A stretch of DNA of 64,000 nucleotides from Hypanus sabinus (lineage: Eukaryota). Where the stretch lies: the NCBI RefSeq assembly GCF_030144855.1, contig NC_082709.1, positions 44,082,001 to 44,146,000 of the forward strand. The letters are read 5' to 3'. The notes beneath the pieces were generated by a model. That model made no database searches and was not told the DNA's origin. It worked only from the letters and a program-made list of their open reading frames with translations. Every line of letters starts with the position of its first letter. The stretch's first letter is position 1. Shown here piece by piece: positions 26,132 through 40,262 of the stretch. Made by a program: the position numbers and the translations under genes.

Positions 26132-28914
26132 TTAAACTGGCCTTCCCTCTCAACAATAAGTACTCCATTTTGAGTATTGTTGGAGGGGAGAACCTACTTG
26201 GGGGAAGCAATAGTGGCCATGCCTCTGGCTCTGAGTCTGGCCCTGTGGTTTAGAAGAGTGGGGAACTGAAAAGGATGACTGTAGTAATAGGGGACTCTAT
26301 CGTCAGGGGGGCAGACAGGCAATTCTGAGGACGTGAAAAGGAAACAGAGGTGGTAGTTTGCCTCCCAGGTGCCAGGGTCTGAGATGTTTCTGGACGCATC
26401 CACAGTATCCTGAAAAGGGAGGGTGAGAAGCCAGAAGTCATGATACATATTGGTACCAATGACATAGGAAGAAAAAGGCAGGGGGTTCTGAAAAAAGGGA
26501 GTTAGGAAGGAAGCTGAGAAGCAGGACCTCGAGGGTAGTAATCTCAGGATTGCTGTCTGTGCGATGTGACAGGGAGGATAGGATTAAAATGAGATGGCAA
26601 ATAAATGCGTGGCTGAAGAATTGGAGCGGGGGCAGGGATTCAGATTTCTAGATAATTGGAACCTCTTCTGGGGCAGGTTGGACCTGAACAAAAGGGATGC
26701 ATTGCACTTGAATCAGAGGGGGGGCAGTATTCTTGTGGGCAGATTCACTAGAGCTGTTGAGAGTGGTTTAAACTAATATGGCAGTGGGTGGAAACCGGTA
26801 TAGTAGAGCTGAGGATGAGCCAGCAGTTGATGATGGGTGTAATATGAATGAAACAAAAGACAAGCCAATTATTGGGTACAAATGACAGACAGAGCAAAGA
26901 GTTAAATTGTACCACAGACAAAATTCAAAAGAGCGAAGAATGCAGGACTAAAAGTACTATATTTAAATGCGTGTAGCATTCGGAATAAGTTGGAAGAATG
27001 CACGGTACAATTAGAGATCGGTCGGTATAACACTGTGGCTATCACTGAGTCATGGCTGAAGAAAGGTCATAATTGGGAGCTTAACATCAAGGGATAAACT
27101 TTGTATCAAAAGGACAGGCAGGAAGGCATAAGCGGTGCTGTGGCTCTGTTGGTAAGAGATGGAATTACATCTTTAGAAAGAGGTGACATAGGGTCAGAAT
27201 GCTGAATCTTTGTGGGCGCAGATAAGAAATTCCAAAGGGGAAAAGAAACATTATGGAAATCATATATAGGACTCAAATAGTAGCCAAGATGTGGGGTTGA
27301 GATAGCAAAAGGAGCTGAAAAAGGCATGTAAATAAGGGTAATGGCACAATTGTAATAGGGGACTTCAATATGCAAGGGGATAGGGAAAATCAGATTGGTG
27401 TCGGATTGCAAGAGAGGAAACTTGTTGAATGCCTATGAGATGGCTTTTGAGAGCAGCTTGTGCTTGAGTCTACTCGGGAAAAGGCTATCGTAAATTGTGT
27501 AAAGACCCAGATCTTATTAGGGAGCTTAATGTAAAGGAACCCTTCGGAAGCAGTCGTCATAACATGATGAATTCATACTGTAAGTTGAGAGGGAGAAGCA
27601 TAACTCACATGTATCAGTATCACAATGGATTAAAGGGAATTACCAGGCATGAGAGAGGAGCTTGCCCAGGTGGATTGGAGGAGGATACTGGCAGGGATGA
27701 CGGCAGGGCAGAGATGACTGAAGTTTCTGGGAATAGTTCACAAGGTGCAGGATAGATATGTCCAACAGAGGAAGACGTTCTCAAACGGCAGGGGTAGGCA
27801 ACAGTGGCTGACAAAGGAAGTTAAGGATTGTATAAAAGCCAAAGGAAAGGATATATAACATAGCAAAAGTGAGTGGGAAGATGGATGATTGGAAAGCTTT
27901 TAAAATCAAACATGAGGCAAATAAAATGCTATAAGAAGGGAAAAGAAGAAATATGAGGGCAGACTCACCAGTAATATAAAGCAGGTACCAAAAGTTTTTT
28001 TCAGTTATATAACGTGTAAAAGGGAGGTGAGAGTTGATATTGGACCACTGAAAAATTATGCTGGTGAAGTAGTAATGGGGAGACAAAGATATGGCAGATA
28101 AACTTAATGGGTTCTTTGCATCATTCTTCACTGTGCAAGACACTAGCAGTATGCCAGAGGTCTGTGAGTGTCAAGGAGGAGCAGTGAGTGCCATTGTTAT
28201 TACAAAGGAAAAAGGACTAGGCAAACTCAAAGATCTTAAGGTGGATATGTCACCTGGGTCAGATGAACTACATCCCAGAGCCCTGAGAGAGGTTGCTGAA
28301 GAGATAACGAATACATTGGTCATAATCTTTGAAGAATCATTTGATTCTGCAATGATCCCAGAGGACTGGAAGATTGCAATGACACTCCACTCTTTAAGAA
28401 GGGAAGAACGCAAAAGAAAGGAAAATATAGGCCAATTAACCTAACCTCAGTGGTTGGGAGAGTGTTGGGGTCTATTATTAAGGACGTGGTTTTGGGGTAC
28501 TTGGAGACTAACGATAAAATAAGTCAAAGTCAGAATGGTTTCAGTAAAGGGAAATCTTGCCTGACAAATCTGTTACAGTTCTACAAGGAAGTAACAAGTA
28601 GGGTGGACTAAGGAGAGGCAGTGGATGTCATTTACTTGGATTTCAGAAGGCGTTTGATAAGGTGCCACACATGAAGCTGCTTAACAAGATAAAATCCAGT
28701 GGCATTACAGGAAAGATGCTGGCATGGATAGAGAAATGGCTAACAGGCAGGAGACAGTGAGTGGGACTAAAAGGGGTCTTTTCTGGTTGGCTGTTGGTGA
28801 CTAGTGGTGTTCCTCAGGGACCACTATTGGGATCGCTGCTTTTCACACTGTCTGTCAATGATTTAGATAATGGAATTGATGGCTTTGTGACAAAGTTTGC
28901 AGATGATACGAAGA

Positions 28915-30270
28915 CAGAACAAAGAACAATACAGGCTGTCCCCGGGTTACGTATGAGTTCTGTTCCCGAGTCCGTCTTTAAGTCAGGTTTGTACGTATCG
29001 GGACAAGTACATCCAGTATTATTTAGCATTAGTTAGTCAAACGTTTATCTTAGTATATAGTATATATTTTATCTTTCTATGCATATAAAACACTTAAGAA
29101 ACATATGTATTCCAATAATTAAACCGCTGTGTTACTTAGTAATAATTCGTAGCTATCATCAGGGCAGGGCCTTTCACATGCTCCATTATTCTCACTTTAT
29201 CTGTTATCATTTAAAATTGTTCCGATCATTGACCAACTGTAGCTTAACGCTTTTCCAATGACCGATGGCGTTTCACCTCTTTCCAAATGCTTTATTATTT
29301 CCACTTTACTTTCAATCGCGATTGCTTCCCATCAACGGAACAAAAACACTGCAGGCAGTGGGTCCCGACCTCCACCAGCTGCCGAGTTCCGCTGGGTCCT
29401 AAGGACCACTGCACTGAATTCCCTGGGTCTTAAACTCCACTGCACTGAGACAGGTTAAATGGGACAAGTGGGGCCTGTGCTGGGTTTGGGTACTGTATTT
29501 GATCCTCCACAATATTCCGCGTGGGAATTTAAACTGGAGGTGGCAGTGTTTTTTTTTAATGAGGTCGAGTTGCGAGTTCGACATCAACCTGGCACGGATG
29601 GTATGGGAATTACTGGATCGACATCAACCTGGCATGGAACCAGTCTGTCACTGGATTGAACTCAGGAACCTCTGTTCTCCAGCCTGGCGCTGATCTCACT
29701 GCATCACCAGCCGACCAGGACAGGGGGCGGGGTCAGGGTGAATCTTGCTAAGAAAAATTTAAGCCAAATACAAAGTTACACACTCAACACAGTGTCAATG
29801 GCAACGACTTAAAATGGCGGACGGTGTCGCGATTCAACTTTAAATGGCGGACGGCATCGCGATCCGACTTAAAGTGGCGGACGGCGTTCTCCTTCATTGG
29901 TTCGTAAGTACGAGTTGGCCGTAAGTCGGACGTTCATAACTCGGAGACTACCTGTACAGCACAGTACAGGCCATTCGGCCCGCAATGTTGTGTCGACCCT
30001 TAAACCTTAAACTAATAGTCTCTTAAATTTCACTAGTGTATCTGCCTCCACCACTGACTCAGGCAGTGCATTCCATGCACCAACTACTCTCTGAGTAAAA
30101 AACCTTCCTCTAATATCCCCCTTGAACTTTCCTCTCCTTACCTTAAAGCCATGTCCTCTTGTATTGAGCAGTGGTGCCCTGGGGAAGAGGAGCTGGCTGT
30201 TCACTCTATCTATTTCTCTTATTATCTAGTCTCAGTCTCAGGAATATGGGGTTGAATATACTAACGTTTG
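28915..30270 (-). mobile_element. Second CR1 3' fragment inserted antisense into the first
   Basis: ORF 30007-30204 (-) LFPRAPLLNTRGHGFKVRRGKFKGDIRGRFFTQRVVGAWNALP. It interrupts the host CR1 directly after ADDTK. Confidence 0.8.
28932..29954 (-). mobile_element. Tigger/pogo non-autonomous DNA transposon (about 1 kb)
   Basis: TA|CAGGCTGTCCCCGGGTTACG ... CATAACTCGGAGACTACCTG|TA. Minus-strand remnant AIAIESKVEIIKHLERGETPSVIGKALSYSWSMIGTIL (CENP-B/psq HTH) at about 29210-29325. Confidence 0.85.
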
Positions 30271-31957
30271 TAGGTTGAGGAGTAGGTAGTGCTGAGGAAG
30301 CATTGCAATTGCAGCAGGCCTTAAAACAAATTGGAAGAATGGGCAAAAAAGTGGCAGTACGAACATAATGTTGGGAAAGATACGATAATACATTTTTGTA
30401 AAAGGAACAATAGTACAGACTATCATCTAAATGGAGAGAAATTTCAAACATCAGAGGTGCAGAGGAACTTAGGAGTGCAAGACTCCCAGAAGGTTAATTC
30501 ACAGGCTGAGTCTCTGGGAAAGAAGGCAAATGCAATATTGGCCTTTAATTCAAGGGGAATAGAACATAAAAACAAGGAGATAATGCTAAGCCTTCATAAG
30601 ACTCTTGTCAGGCTGCACTTAAGAGTATTGTCAAAAGTTTTGGGCCCCATAACTCAGAAAGGACATATTGTCATCGGAGACAGTCCAGAGGAGGTTCACA
30701 AGGATGATTCCAGGAATGAAGGGGTTAATATATGAGGAAGTTTGGCAACTTTAGGCCTGTATTCACTGGAATTTAGAAGAATGCGGGGATCTCATTGAAA
30801 GGTACCGAATGTTAAAAGGACTAGATAGGGTGGATGTGGAGAGGATGTTTCCTATGGTGGGTGTATCCAGAACTAGATGGCACAGCCACAAAATTGAGGG
30901 GTGACTCTTCAGTAAGGAGGAATTTTTTTTTGCCAAAGATTAGTAAATCTGTGGAATGCTCTGCCACAGACTGCATGGAGGCTAAATCCGTGTGTATATT
31001 TAAGGTGGAAGTTGATCGTTTCCTGATCAGTCAGGGCATCAAAGGATATGACAAGGAGGCATGAGTATGGGGTTGAATGGGGTCCGGGATCAGTCATGAT
31101 GGAATGGCACAGCAGACTCAATGGGCTGAATGGCCTAATTCTGCTCCTATGTCTTATGGTCTTATGGATTGCTGGGCAGAATAGCTTGGAAGGATGAGAA
31201 GGGCCTATTCTGCACTGTATTTCAATAAATAAATAAAAATGCTACAGATTAGTGGATGGCAAGTACTTAAGTAAATCGAAGTGAACTAGTCCTTAGCAAT
31301 ATAGCAGGATGACCTGTAAGCTCAGAAAAAAGATGAAAGAATCAGAACCTTTTTGATAGCTAATATAAAATCAGGCTCATAAATACTGCGGAGCAGTTAT
31401 GTGTGAATAGAACAAAATGTCTGCAGAAAATCTGCAACAATTTTTTTTTGGAAAGGCATTTTTAAAAGAAGTTAATGTATTGCGATTTTCTTTTAGAATA
31501 TAAATTAAATAAATTTGGAATAGAAATCTGTGGGTAAGTAAAAACCGATTTAGTTCACCGATAACCTCTAGGTAAAAACCTGCCATTTTTACCATCTAAG
31601 TGACTCCATGTGCACAATAATGTCACAGTCTCTCAGTTGCCTTTTGAAATGCCCTTGAGCTGGCTTTCATTGTCAGAGCAATTTGCGATGGTTAAGAAAA
31701 GTTCCACTTGCCAACCACATCCATATTTTATGAATGAATTAAAATCCTTCAATTCCTCCACTCTATATGTACCTGATTTTGGAAGTAATTTATACAAATT
31801 CTGATCTGTTTCTCTGAGACTGTAGATCTTGGAATTAGCATGGAAATTTCCTTTTTGTTCTTTCATATTGGAAAGGTAGATTACAAATAAGTGCTTTAAA
31901 ATCACAATAAATAGCATTCATAAATAAGATGTTATGGTATCCTTCAATTTAACCTAC

Positions 31958-32042
31958 CTCTGCTGTTTCCAGACACAGGTCATGGCTGGGCATGGCAGAT
32001 CTCTGTAAGAATATCACTTGTTTCGTTGCTAAATTTCCTTCA
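31958..32042 (-). CDS. RFTN2: Raftlin-2 exon 8 (85 bp)
   Basis: gcag|(S)EGNLATKQVIFLQRSAMPSHDLCLETAE|gtaggt. Confidence 0.93.
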
Positions 32043-33439
32043 CTGCAAACATGAAATAAATTACATTGTTTATAAAATCTGCAACATCATAACAATTAAT
32101 CTAGTATTAGGCGCAAAAAAAAACTCTTAGAAACTGACAACAAAATGATGGTAGAAACTACCAGTTCCAGGAGTCAAGGAACATTCGAAGTATTCATCAT
32201 GGGAAAATGAGGAGAACCCCCGTAACCAAATCTCCAATGTCCCATCTGCTGGCCGTGGTCTCTCTATAGCTTGCACTACCATTGTTGATCCTTAAAGGTG
32301 ATGTGTGCTCCCTTCTTTCTATTCCAAATCTCTATAGCTGCAGTTACAGATTCAAAGTGGAAGGCAGAACAGGACTTTAAAGATCACAGCTTCCTTGTTA
32401 ATTTCACTGACCTATCCATATGACGCGAAGATATTATGATGACCATAAAGGCAGTCGCTTCTCCGTGATAGAGAATCCACATTGCTCTGCCCTTTTAAGA
32501 CAGGGATGATAAAAATGAATGAACATAACTTGTTTTAAAACTGATATGCATCCTGTCTAATCTGTTCTTGAAATTGCCTGGGCCTGTTAATATAGAATCA
32601 TAAAACTGAAAAAGCTCCATTATAATTGGGCAATGTTAAAAAAAAACTTATTCTGATTTATCCCACACACAGCTCAGTCCATCAGCTTCTAGGTTACAGC
32701 CGATTAAATGCCCATCTGGATGCTTTTTAAATGTGATGAGGCTTTCTGCTTCTACCAGGGTTTCAGACAGTGAGTTACAGACCTTCATCACTTTTGAGTG
32801 GAAAAGATAATTCCTCAGCTCTCTTCATGTTCTTACACCACTTATCTCAAATATATTCTCCCAAGTCATTGACCTCTCTAAGACAATATGTTCTTCCTAT
32901 TCACCTGTTTGAGCGTAGCCGGCAAGCTCATACCCTGATGAGATAGGAACGTGCCTGTCCTTGCATGCAAAGTCAGCTCCAGCAAACTGGGCGGATGAGA
33001 TCTGCAGTGAGGTCCAATGGCCAAAAAGGTGGCTCTGCAGTGCGTTGCCGAGAGCAAAGAGCATAATGAGACACAGAAGTCATGGCTGTCCAAAGTAACC
33101 AAGGAACAGCCCAATTGTGATGCTTGTTTATACCACTGGACCCAGACCTCCGAGACTGAGAAGAGTTGAGCTGCCCCGAACGGCTTTTCCACTTTAAAAA
33201 CACTCCCATACAGGTCTTCTATCATTGTTGGATATGATGGACAACCACCGCTCATCTACTTATGGTTGTTGTACTTACTTAAGAATACGACTGATATGCA
33301 AAATATATGTTCCAGACTTACATGGACTGATATGGCAAATGGACAATATACTCTGTTCTTCTGCTTAAATATTACTCATGTAACTTTTAAAAAGTACTTC
33401 AGCAAATTATTCAATCAATTCTCCATGAAGTTATGGTAC

Positions 33440-33543
33440 CTGTCATGGCGAATAATAGGTGTGGCAAGCACACATGTAACCAACCATCCAAATTCTGCAA
33501 GTGTATGCAGCAATGGACCATAATCAGTCTTTACTTCACAACC
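33440..33543 (-). CDS. RFTN2: Raftlin-2 exon 7 (104 bp)
   Basis: acag|GCEVKTDYGPLLHTLAEFGWLVTCVLATPIIRHD(S)|gtacca. Confidence 0.95.
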
Positions 33544-34537
33544 CTGTAAAAACAAGTAAAGCTATGATTAACAAATTCAATTATTAAAATAATTCGAAGT
33601 GAAATGAAAATCATAGAACATCACTACACAAACAAAAACAATTTGGTGTTTCAAGTGTATGCTGGCTGACTGGAAGTGTCCGTATTTTCCACAGAAAACA
33701 CTTTTTTAATCTTTACAGTATACAGTACAGCCAATATTTTAAGAATATGACATTGATTCATTTACTATCGGCCTTGCAGGAGGTACAGATCATTTCAACT
33801 TGCAACATTAAAAAACCCCAAGTTTTTACCCACCAATTATCTCAAGTTTGCCAGTGAGTAATTATTTGTTGTTCACACTATCAAAACTTTGAACACCAAC
33901 TTATTCATTATATTTCTTTCTCAACAAGGGGCATTGTTTATTAAGCCACTATGAAAACACATGTGGCAGCAAATTTCAATGTTGATTAGCATCATTTGGG
34001 CCAAGTTTTTCTGCGAGCAACTATTATCAGAAACCTATGGAACAAGATTTTCTTCCAAGCTGTCTGCTATATCCAACACCTAGCTCTCATCAACAACCCA
34101 ACACTCCCTCATCCCCAGCTCCACAACCATTTCCCTGATTTCCATTACAATCTACATCAAGTACTCAAGGTATCGATCTTGATTACATGATCCTCAATGC
34201 CCAGACTTCAACCACTCAACTCTCTGTCACAGAGAGTTAATTTTGCTCCTCTTGTATCTACCAAAACGTCAACCACTTACCACTACAGTTCTGATGGTAG
34301 GTGTCAGCCTAGGACATGTTTAGTTTGTAGCAAGAGGAAGGTGAGGGGCAATGACAGACATGATATCTGGCACCTCACCATTGTGCCTATCTAGTGGGCA
34401 CAGTGTAGGGAAATGTATGGTCATGCACTTTGATAGATGGATTAAATTCAGAAATTGGAGGAGCAATGAGTTCTAGTGTAGGATTCTCTGAAGATTAACT
34501 TGCAGGTTGAGTCTGTAGTAAGGAAGGCAATACTTAC

Positions 34538-34659
34538 CTCAATGACAGTCCACTGTTCAACAACTATTGCATCATTTGGCATCTTGTTTGACTTAACTGT
34601 ATCGAAATGATGTTCTTCATATATAAACATTCCGTCCACAGACTTGGATAAATACTCTC
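34538..34659 (-). CDS. RFTN2: Raftlin-2 exon 6 (122 bp)
   Basis: tcag|(G)EYLSKSVDGMFIYEE...NDAIVVEQWTVIE|gtaagt. Confidence 0.95.
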
Positions 34660-34799
34660 CTGAAATTGAATATAAACAGATCAAACAAGTTGTCAAAGGT
34701 ATTTTTTACATTTACATTTGCCCAAACACTCTCTGTGAGGTTATTCACTGGGGCCTGCTGTGATTGGAAGACCATTGTATGCAGGATCTTACACAGGAT

Positions 34800-35020
34800 G
34801 GAAACACACGAGACTGTAGATGCTGGAATCTGTTGAAAAAAAATATGCAGGAAGAATTTAGCATGTCAAGCAGTATCGGTGAGAGGAAAGGAATTGTCGA
34901 TGTTTTGAGTCAAAATCATACAACCCTTTGGGTTTCAACCCAAAATGTTGACAGTTCCTGTCCTTGCATGGAAGCTGCTCAACCAACTGAGTTCTTTTAG
35001 CAGGTTGTTTGCTGTATCTT
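34800..35020. repeat. Degenerate palindromic Penelope-derived repeat
   Basis: ACGAGACTGTAGATGCTGGAATC head followed by decayed inverted arms. Same family as 50900-51090 and 57369-57579. Confidence 0.6.
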
Positions 35021-36539
35021 GTACAGGATTATCTGTAAGAAGAGAATGAGCAACTGCACAGCTCCTCTACAGACCTGCTATCAAACCTTTGCAAAATCAG
35101 AACCGGGAAGTGTCAATTATAATGACCCATACACAGAATCATAGTGAAGGAACTGTGTTCACCTTTTAGCTTGAAAGAAGCTGCCTACAGGATTTATTCT
35201 AGGTGATCAATGTCCCCTGGTATAATGTTACTTTGAAGTTGGTGCCCTCTACAGGAAACCTTTGGAGTTTATAAACAGAGCAGGTAGCAGCCAGGCCGTT
35301 TAAACAAACATTAATCAATCTGAAAAGTCATGTTAGGTGGAAGGCAGGAAGTAAATAAACAAGAGATAAAAATTACATTTGATATTGTACCAAAACTGAA
35401 AAATAACAGGGATATACATATAGAATCAAGGAAGAATTATGAAGCTTATCTTTTTAAAAACCTATATTGTTAATTTCCTTTAAACAAAAAAAAATCCACA
35501 TTTCTGAAAAACATCAGCAATAATGATGACCCATTATGTGATTAAAAAACAATTACTGCTAAATGATAATGGACCAATAATATTGGTTTTAATTTTTCTC
35601 ATGAACTGTGCAGATTCCAACATGAAATATGGCATCAATGCTCTCAGTAGAAGAAGAGGGAATCACTGGTTGCAACCCCTGGATTTTTAACATCAAGCTA
35701 AATTTTAATCCATTTGAAATGGTCTCCTGGTATAGAACATTAATTTTCATGTGTGGAATCTTATTCCTTCATCTTATGTTTCAACACTCGATGACTGAGG
35801 ATTGCCATGTTCTCTATCAACACAGCGAAACCTGAGTCATCAAATCAAGTGCAGAAGCCAAATAAAGAGACAGAATGAAAGCTGAGATCAGGAAACTGAG
35901 AGAAGCAGAAGTTTAAAGAAAATATGGATTAGAAATCTTAATTTTTTCATTAATTTAAATCTCCAAACAGGAGTTTAATTATTAAGAAAATATCCTGGAA
36001 ACTTTTGAAATAGTATTTATAATGCTTCTCTTATAGATGGCTGTTGATTAACCTGTGACAATAAGAAATGTTAGAATTAGTTATCATTGATCAAGATGGA
36101 ATTGTAATAAAAATTAAGTTTCAGAACAATGGACAGCTTTCATATTTTATAACCTGCAGAGAAATAATAATGATAAACTTCATGTATGAAACTCCATGCG
36201 GCTTAACTAATTTGCATAACAGCTGCAAGTCCAGAGCTTACATTATTACCCAGTTACCAGAAGATGTGAAAGATGGAAAACATAGAACACAAACCTCATT
36301 CTGAAAAATAAACCATACCATTCTCATTACCAGTTACCATCAGTGTATTCTATATTTGTCATATGCTTTTTATATATAAGTATAGAAAACAATTCTGACA
36401 CAGAAGTGTAAATAAATATTTTTATTTGTTTTTTTTTAGTTATTAGAGTAATAATTAAATTATATTAACGTATTATACATCAGTTCCTATAGAAAACCTT
36501 TGGGAAAAATCAACATGATCAGAGTACTCCAAAACATCA

Positions 36540-38410
36540 GCATCAAATATTAGAGCTGGTCAGATTACCCCGTGGAAGTTGGCTGCTGAAACAAATTATC
36601 CAGGAAGAGTACTGAAGGATTTCAAGGAGATCTTCCATGATACAGATATAAAAAAGAAATGACTAGTGAGGGCAAATACGGTCCAGAGATTATAAAAGAA
36701 TTTATCAGGAATAATAACAAACAAAGCAGGGGAAATGAACTAGTGATTTGATTCTCTGTTCAGCAAAAAAGACAGAAAAAATTATGGAGATACTGAGAAG
36801 CAGGGGTCTATAAGTGGATGCTAATGAACAAAATATTAGTTATCAAAGAGATGTTGGAGAGATTAAAAACTGATCAACCCCATAAGCTTGAAGATCCACT
36901 ATTCAGCTACCCAGGGGTTTGAAACAGTCACTGTAGAGTTATCATCTGCCAAATATCTACACAATCTTTAATTGTTACTGTAGACTGGAGGGCAACAAAT
37001 ATGATCCCGCTGTTTGAGAAGGCAGGAGAGTGAAAAGATGGAACTACTAACTTGTTCATCTAAAGTGAGTGCAGGGAAGATGTTGGAGTCTATTGTGAAG
37101 GATGTTACACAGAAGATCTTGTAAAGTATAATAGAGTCAAGATGGATTTATGAAAAGAAGATAATACTTAACTCATCTGCTGGAGCTATTGAGAAGGCAA
37201 CCAGCAAAATAGATAAGAGGGAACCTGTGAATATGGATTGTCAAAAAAGCTTTTGATTAGGTCCTGCAGTGGAGATTCTAACAGTAATGCTACAACACAT
37301 GGAGTCAGATAGAAAGGGAATAGTGGGAATATAGATCCTTCTAAGATCTGTTTATAACTAAAACAGTTTGTAAGTTGGAGATATGGCCATAAACCAAGAT
37401 CCCACTTGGCATAAGACATGTACAACACCACAGCAACTGACAAGTCCATTCTGCTGGTCTCCCAAATCCTTATTTGGATATACAAGTTGTACACAACTTG
37501 GGTGTTTGTAAGCTGGGGAGGACTTGTAAATGGTTCTTTCCCAGGTATGGAGACTTTATGGGGATGCATGGATATGTGTTTGAATCCTAGCTATAGATAT
37601 GATAATCTATATCAATGATTTGGTTGAGTGGATCATGTCATAATTCCATATTTGGCAGTGATGCAAAATGATGTGGGATTGTGAATAAGAAGGAAGATGT
37701 AAAGTGGTTTAAGGGGATATCGATGGATGAGTGTGTGTATAAGAGCACGGTGGATCAAAAGTAATATAGAAAAAGTGGAATTATCCACTTTAGTGAACAA
37801 CGTATAAAGGCAAAGTGTTCTTTAAATGATTAAATTTAATAGTAATGTTAATGTTAATTTTCAAAGGGATCAAAGCATGAAAGTCACTGAAAGCCAACAT
37901 ACAAGTATAGCAATTGATTAGCAAGGCAAATGAAACGTTGATCTTTATTACTAGAGGAATTGAATACAGGTGTAAGGATGTTATATAGCAAAGGTATAGC
38001 ACTTTGGTGAGATGGCAGCTGTATATGTCTAGTTTAATCTAGTGCAGTTTATGTCTACTAATCTAAAAAATATATTTTCTTTAAAGCAATCACAACAATG
38101 AGCCAAATATAGGAAGGATAGAAAATGTAGAACCAGGTATCACAATCTGAGAGAAAGGATAAGCCTGTTTGGTTTGAGGCAGGAAGACATTGCTTGATAC
38201 AGAGAGTGATGAAACTTTGGAATTCTCTACTCTGCTTGGTCATGGAGATTAATTTCTTTGTTTCAAATCAGACATTGAGACATATACTATTATGAGTATA
38301 GTACAGGAAATGCTGCAGAGGTTGAAGATCAGCTGTGATTGTGATAAATGGTAGATCAGATCTGAAGGGGCAATGGCTAAGTCCTACTCCAATAGCTTAC
38401 AATCTTGTGG
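36540..38410 (+). mobile_element. Old degenerate CR1 LINE with an internal insertion
   Basis: Remnants of DWRATNMIPLFEK, GFMKRR, KAFD.V and a CR1-type 3' end. Confidence 0.6.
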
Positions 38411-39959
38411 TATGTGCTGACATTCTGCAATAAAGAGGCACAATGATGTTGTTGACTCACTAAAAAGAGGACTAACAGTTGCAAGTAAATTTGGCTATCC
38501 TTTTCTAAAGCCACATAGGGCCATAATGCAATGTCCATGATTTGAACCGTATCAAAAATATTTCTGGCTCTTTGACTTCTTGGGACACTGTTATCTCTAG
38601 ATGTGGAGGTGGGAGTGGAGGACTAAATTCAACTGTCAGCATTGTTTTTCAGGAGCAATGCCTTTTCATTGTGTGAACCTTTTGTTGAACTAGTAAGTGA
38701 AGTGCCTTTCGAAGTATGATATTCTTAAGCTGATTTATGACCTTGAATGTAGGCTGGTCTTTCACATTTGGAAATGGGATTGACCTCTCTTCATTTTTGT
38801 CATCTTCATTGAAGCCCTAGAGCTGGCAACTTCTTCCAGTCATGGATTTGGATTAGCATCGGAAATTATTGGAAACACTTAGCAAATCAGGCAGCATCTG
38901 TTGAAAGAGATAATAGAGTTAACGTTTCAGGTCAAAGATACTTTGTGCTAGACTGGAATTATTTGATGTTTAGTAGACTCACCTGGGTAGACACCATCTC
39001 ACAGAATGTAAAATGTCAGGGTGCTTTTGGCTGATATTTAGATGTTGGCTAAAAAAAAACTCAACTAATCCCACTCCCTGTTCTAAATCCTATATATTAT
39101 AGATTTTCAGACGTTCACCCAGTTATTTTTTAAATGTGATGAGAGGTTCTGCCTTCATCTCTCTTTCAGGCAGTGAGTTCAAGACCTCAAGTACTCTTTG
39201 GGAGAAAATACGTTCCTTCATTTTCATTGAAATTATGTCTCAGTGAAATAGATTCTTTCTGTTCACCCTGTCTAGGTCTTTCATTGTTTTTATACATCTG
39301 GATTAATTCTCCACTCAACCACCTTTGTTCCAAAGAAAACAAATCCAATTTATCTAACCTTTCAACAGAATTAACAATCTCTATCTTGGTAATGCACTGG
39401 TAAATTGACTTTGCAACCTCCCCACAACTATTACATTCTCCCTGCCGTGTAGTGATCAGCACACTGAGTGTAAAACCCCAGAAGGTCACCAGTTTCTGAG
39501 ATATCCAGACCACCCCTTCTGGCACCATGGTCAAAGTCACTTAGATCACATCGTTTTCCCATCCTGATGTTTGGTCTGAACAACAACTGAACCTCTTGAC
39601 CATGTCTGCATGCTCTTATTCATTGGATTGCTCCATGTGATTGGCCAATAAGCTATTTACATTGATGTACAGATGTACGTAATAAATGGCATTATTATAT
39701 AATAAAACCTAACCATCACTGTGTAATAAGTCAGCTTTTCTAAGTATGGAAATTCATCTTCCTTTGAAGTTAGAGGAAGAGATGAAATTATGCAGAGAGC
39801 AGCAAATACAGTTTGGAGACTTCTATCTTGTTGAGTAAAATCCAGCCTAAAATGACAGCAGAATTTCTGCTTCAATCTACCAACTTTCCGTTCCAGCATA
39901 TATCCTGTACTTTTATGTCAGCTTGTTTGAGGATTCTTCTCTAGTGTTAACAGTCAGTA

Positions 39960-40262
39960 ACAGTACTGGGGTGGTGCAGTAGTGTACCTGTTGTAATATC
40001 AGGATGCAATTCCTGCTGCTGTCTATAAGGAGTCTGTACATTCTCATTGTAACCACATAGGTTTCATTCCAGTCTTCCAGGTTCCTCCTACGTTCCAAAA
40101 AGATGTATGGGTTAGGATCACTAAGTTGTGGGCATGTTATGTTGGTGCTGGAAGCGTGGTGACACTTGCCTCCAGCACAGCCTTGGACTATATTGGTCAT
40201 TGATGCAAACAACGCATCTCACTGTATGTTTTGATGTATATATGACAACCAAACATAGATAA
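39960..40262 (+). mobile_element. SINE
   Basis: Core GTCTATAAGGAGTCTGTACATTCTC..GGTTTC..GGTTCCTCCTAC.TTCCAAA shared with the SINE at 25915. Confidence 0.55.

Larger units (their letters stand above)
26132..31165 (+). mobile_element. Near full-length CR1 LINE (ORF1 SGNH esterase plus ORF2 APE/RT), degenerate
   Basis: VVIGDSIVRG (26281) and HIGTND (26446); YLNACSIRNK, GDFN, SPGSDELHPR, GVPQG.LLG, KFADDTK; 3' end (TCTTATGG)2. Confidence 0.9.

Noticed and set aside
32930-32960. CTGATGA as another hammerhead core
   Set aside because: No stem II followed by GAAA, and no stem I pairing.
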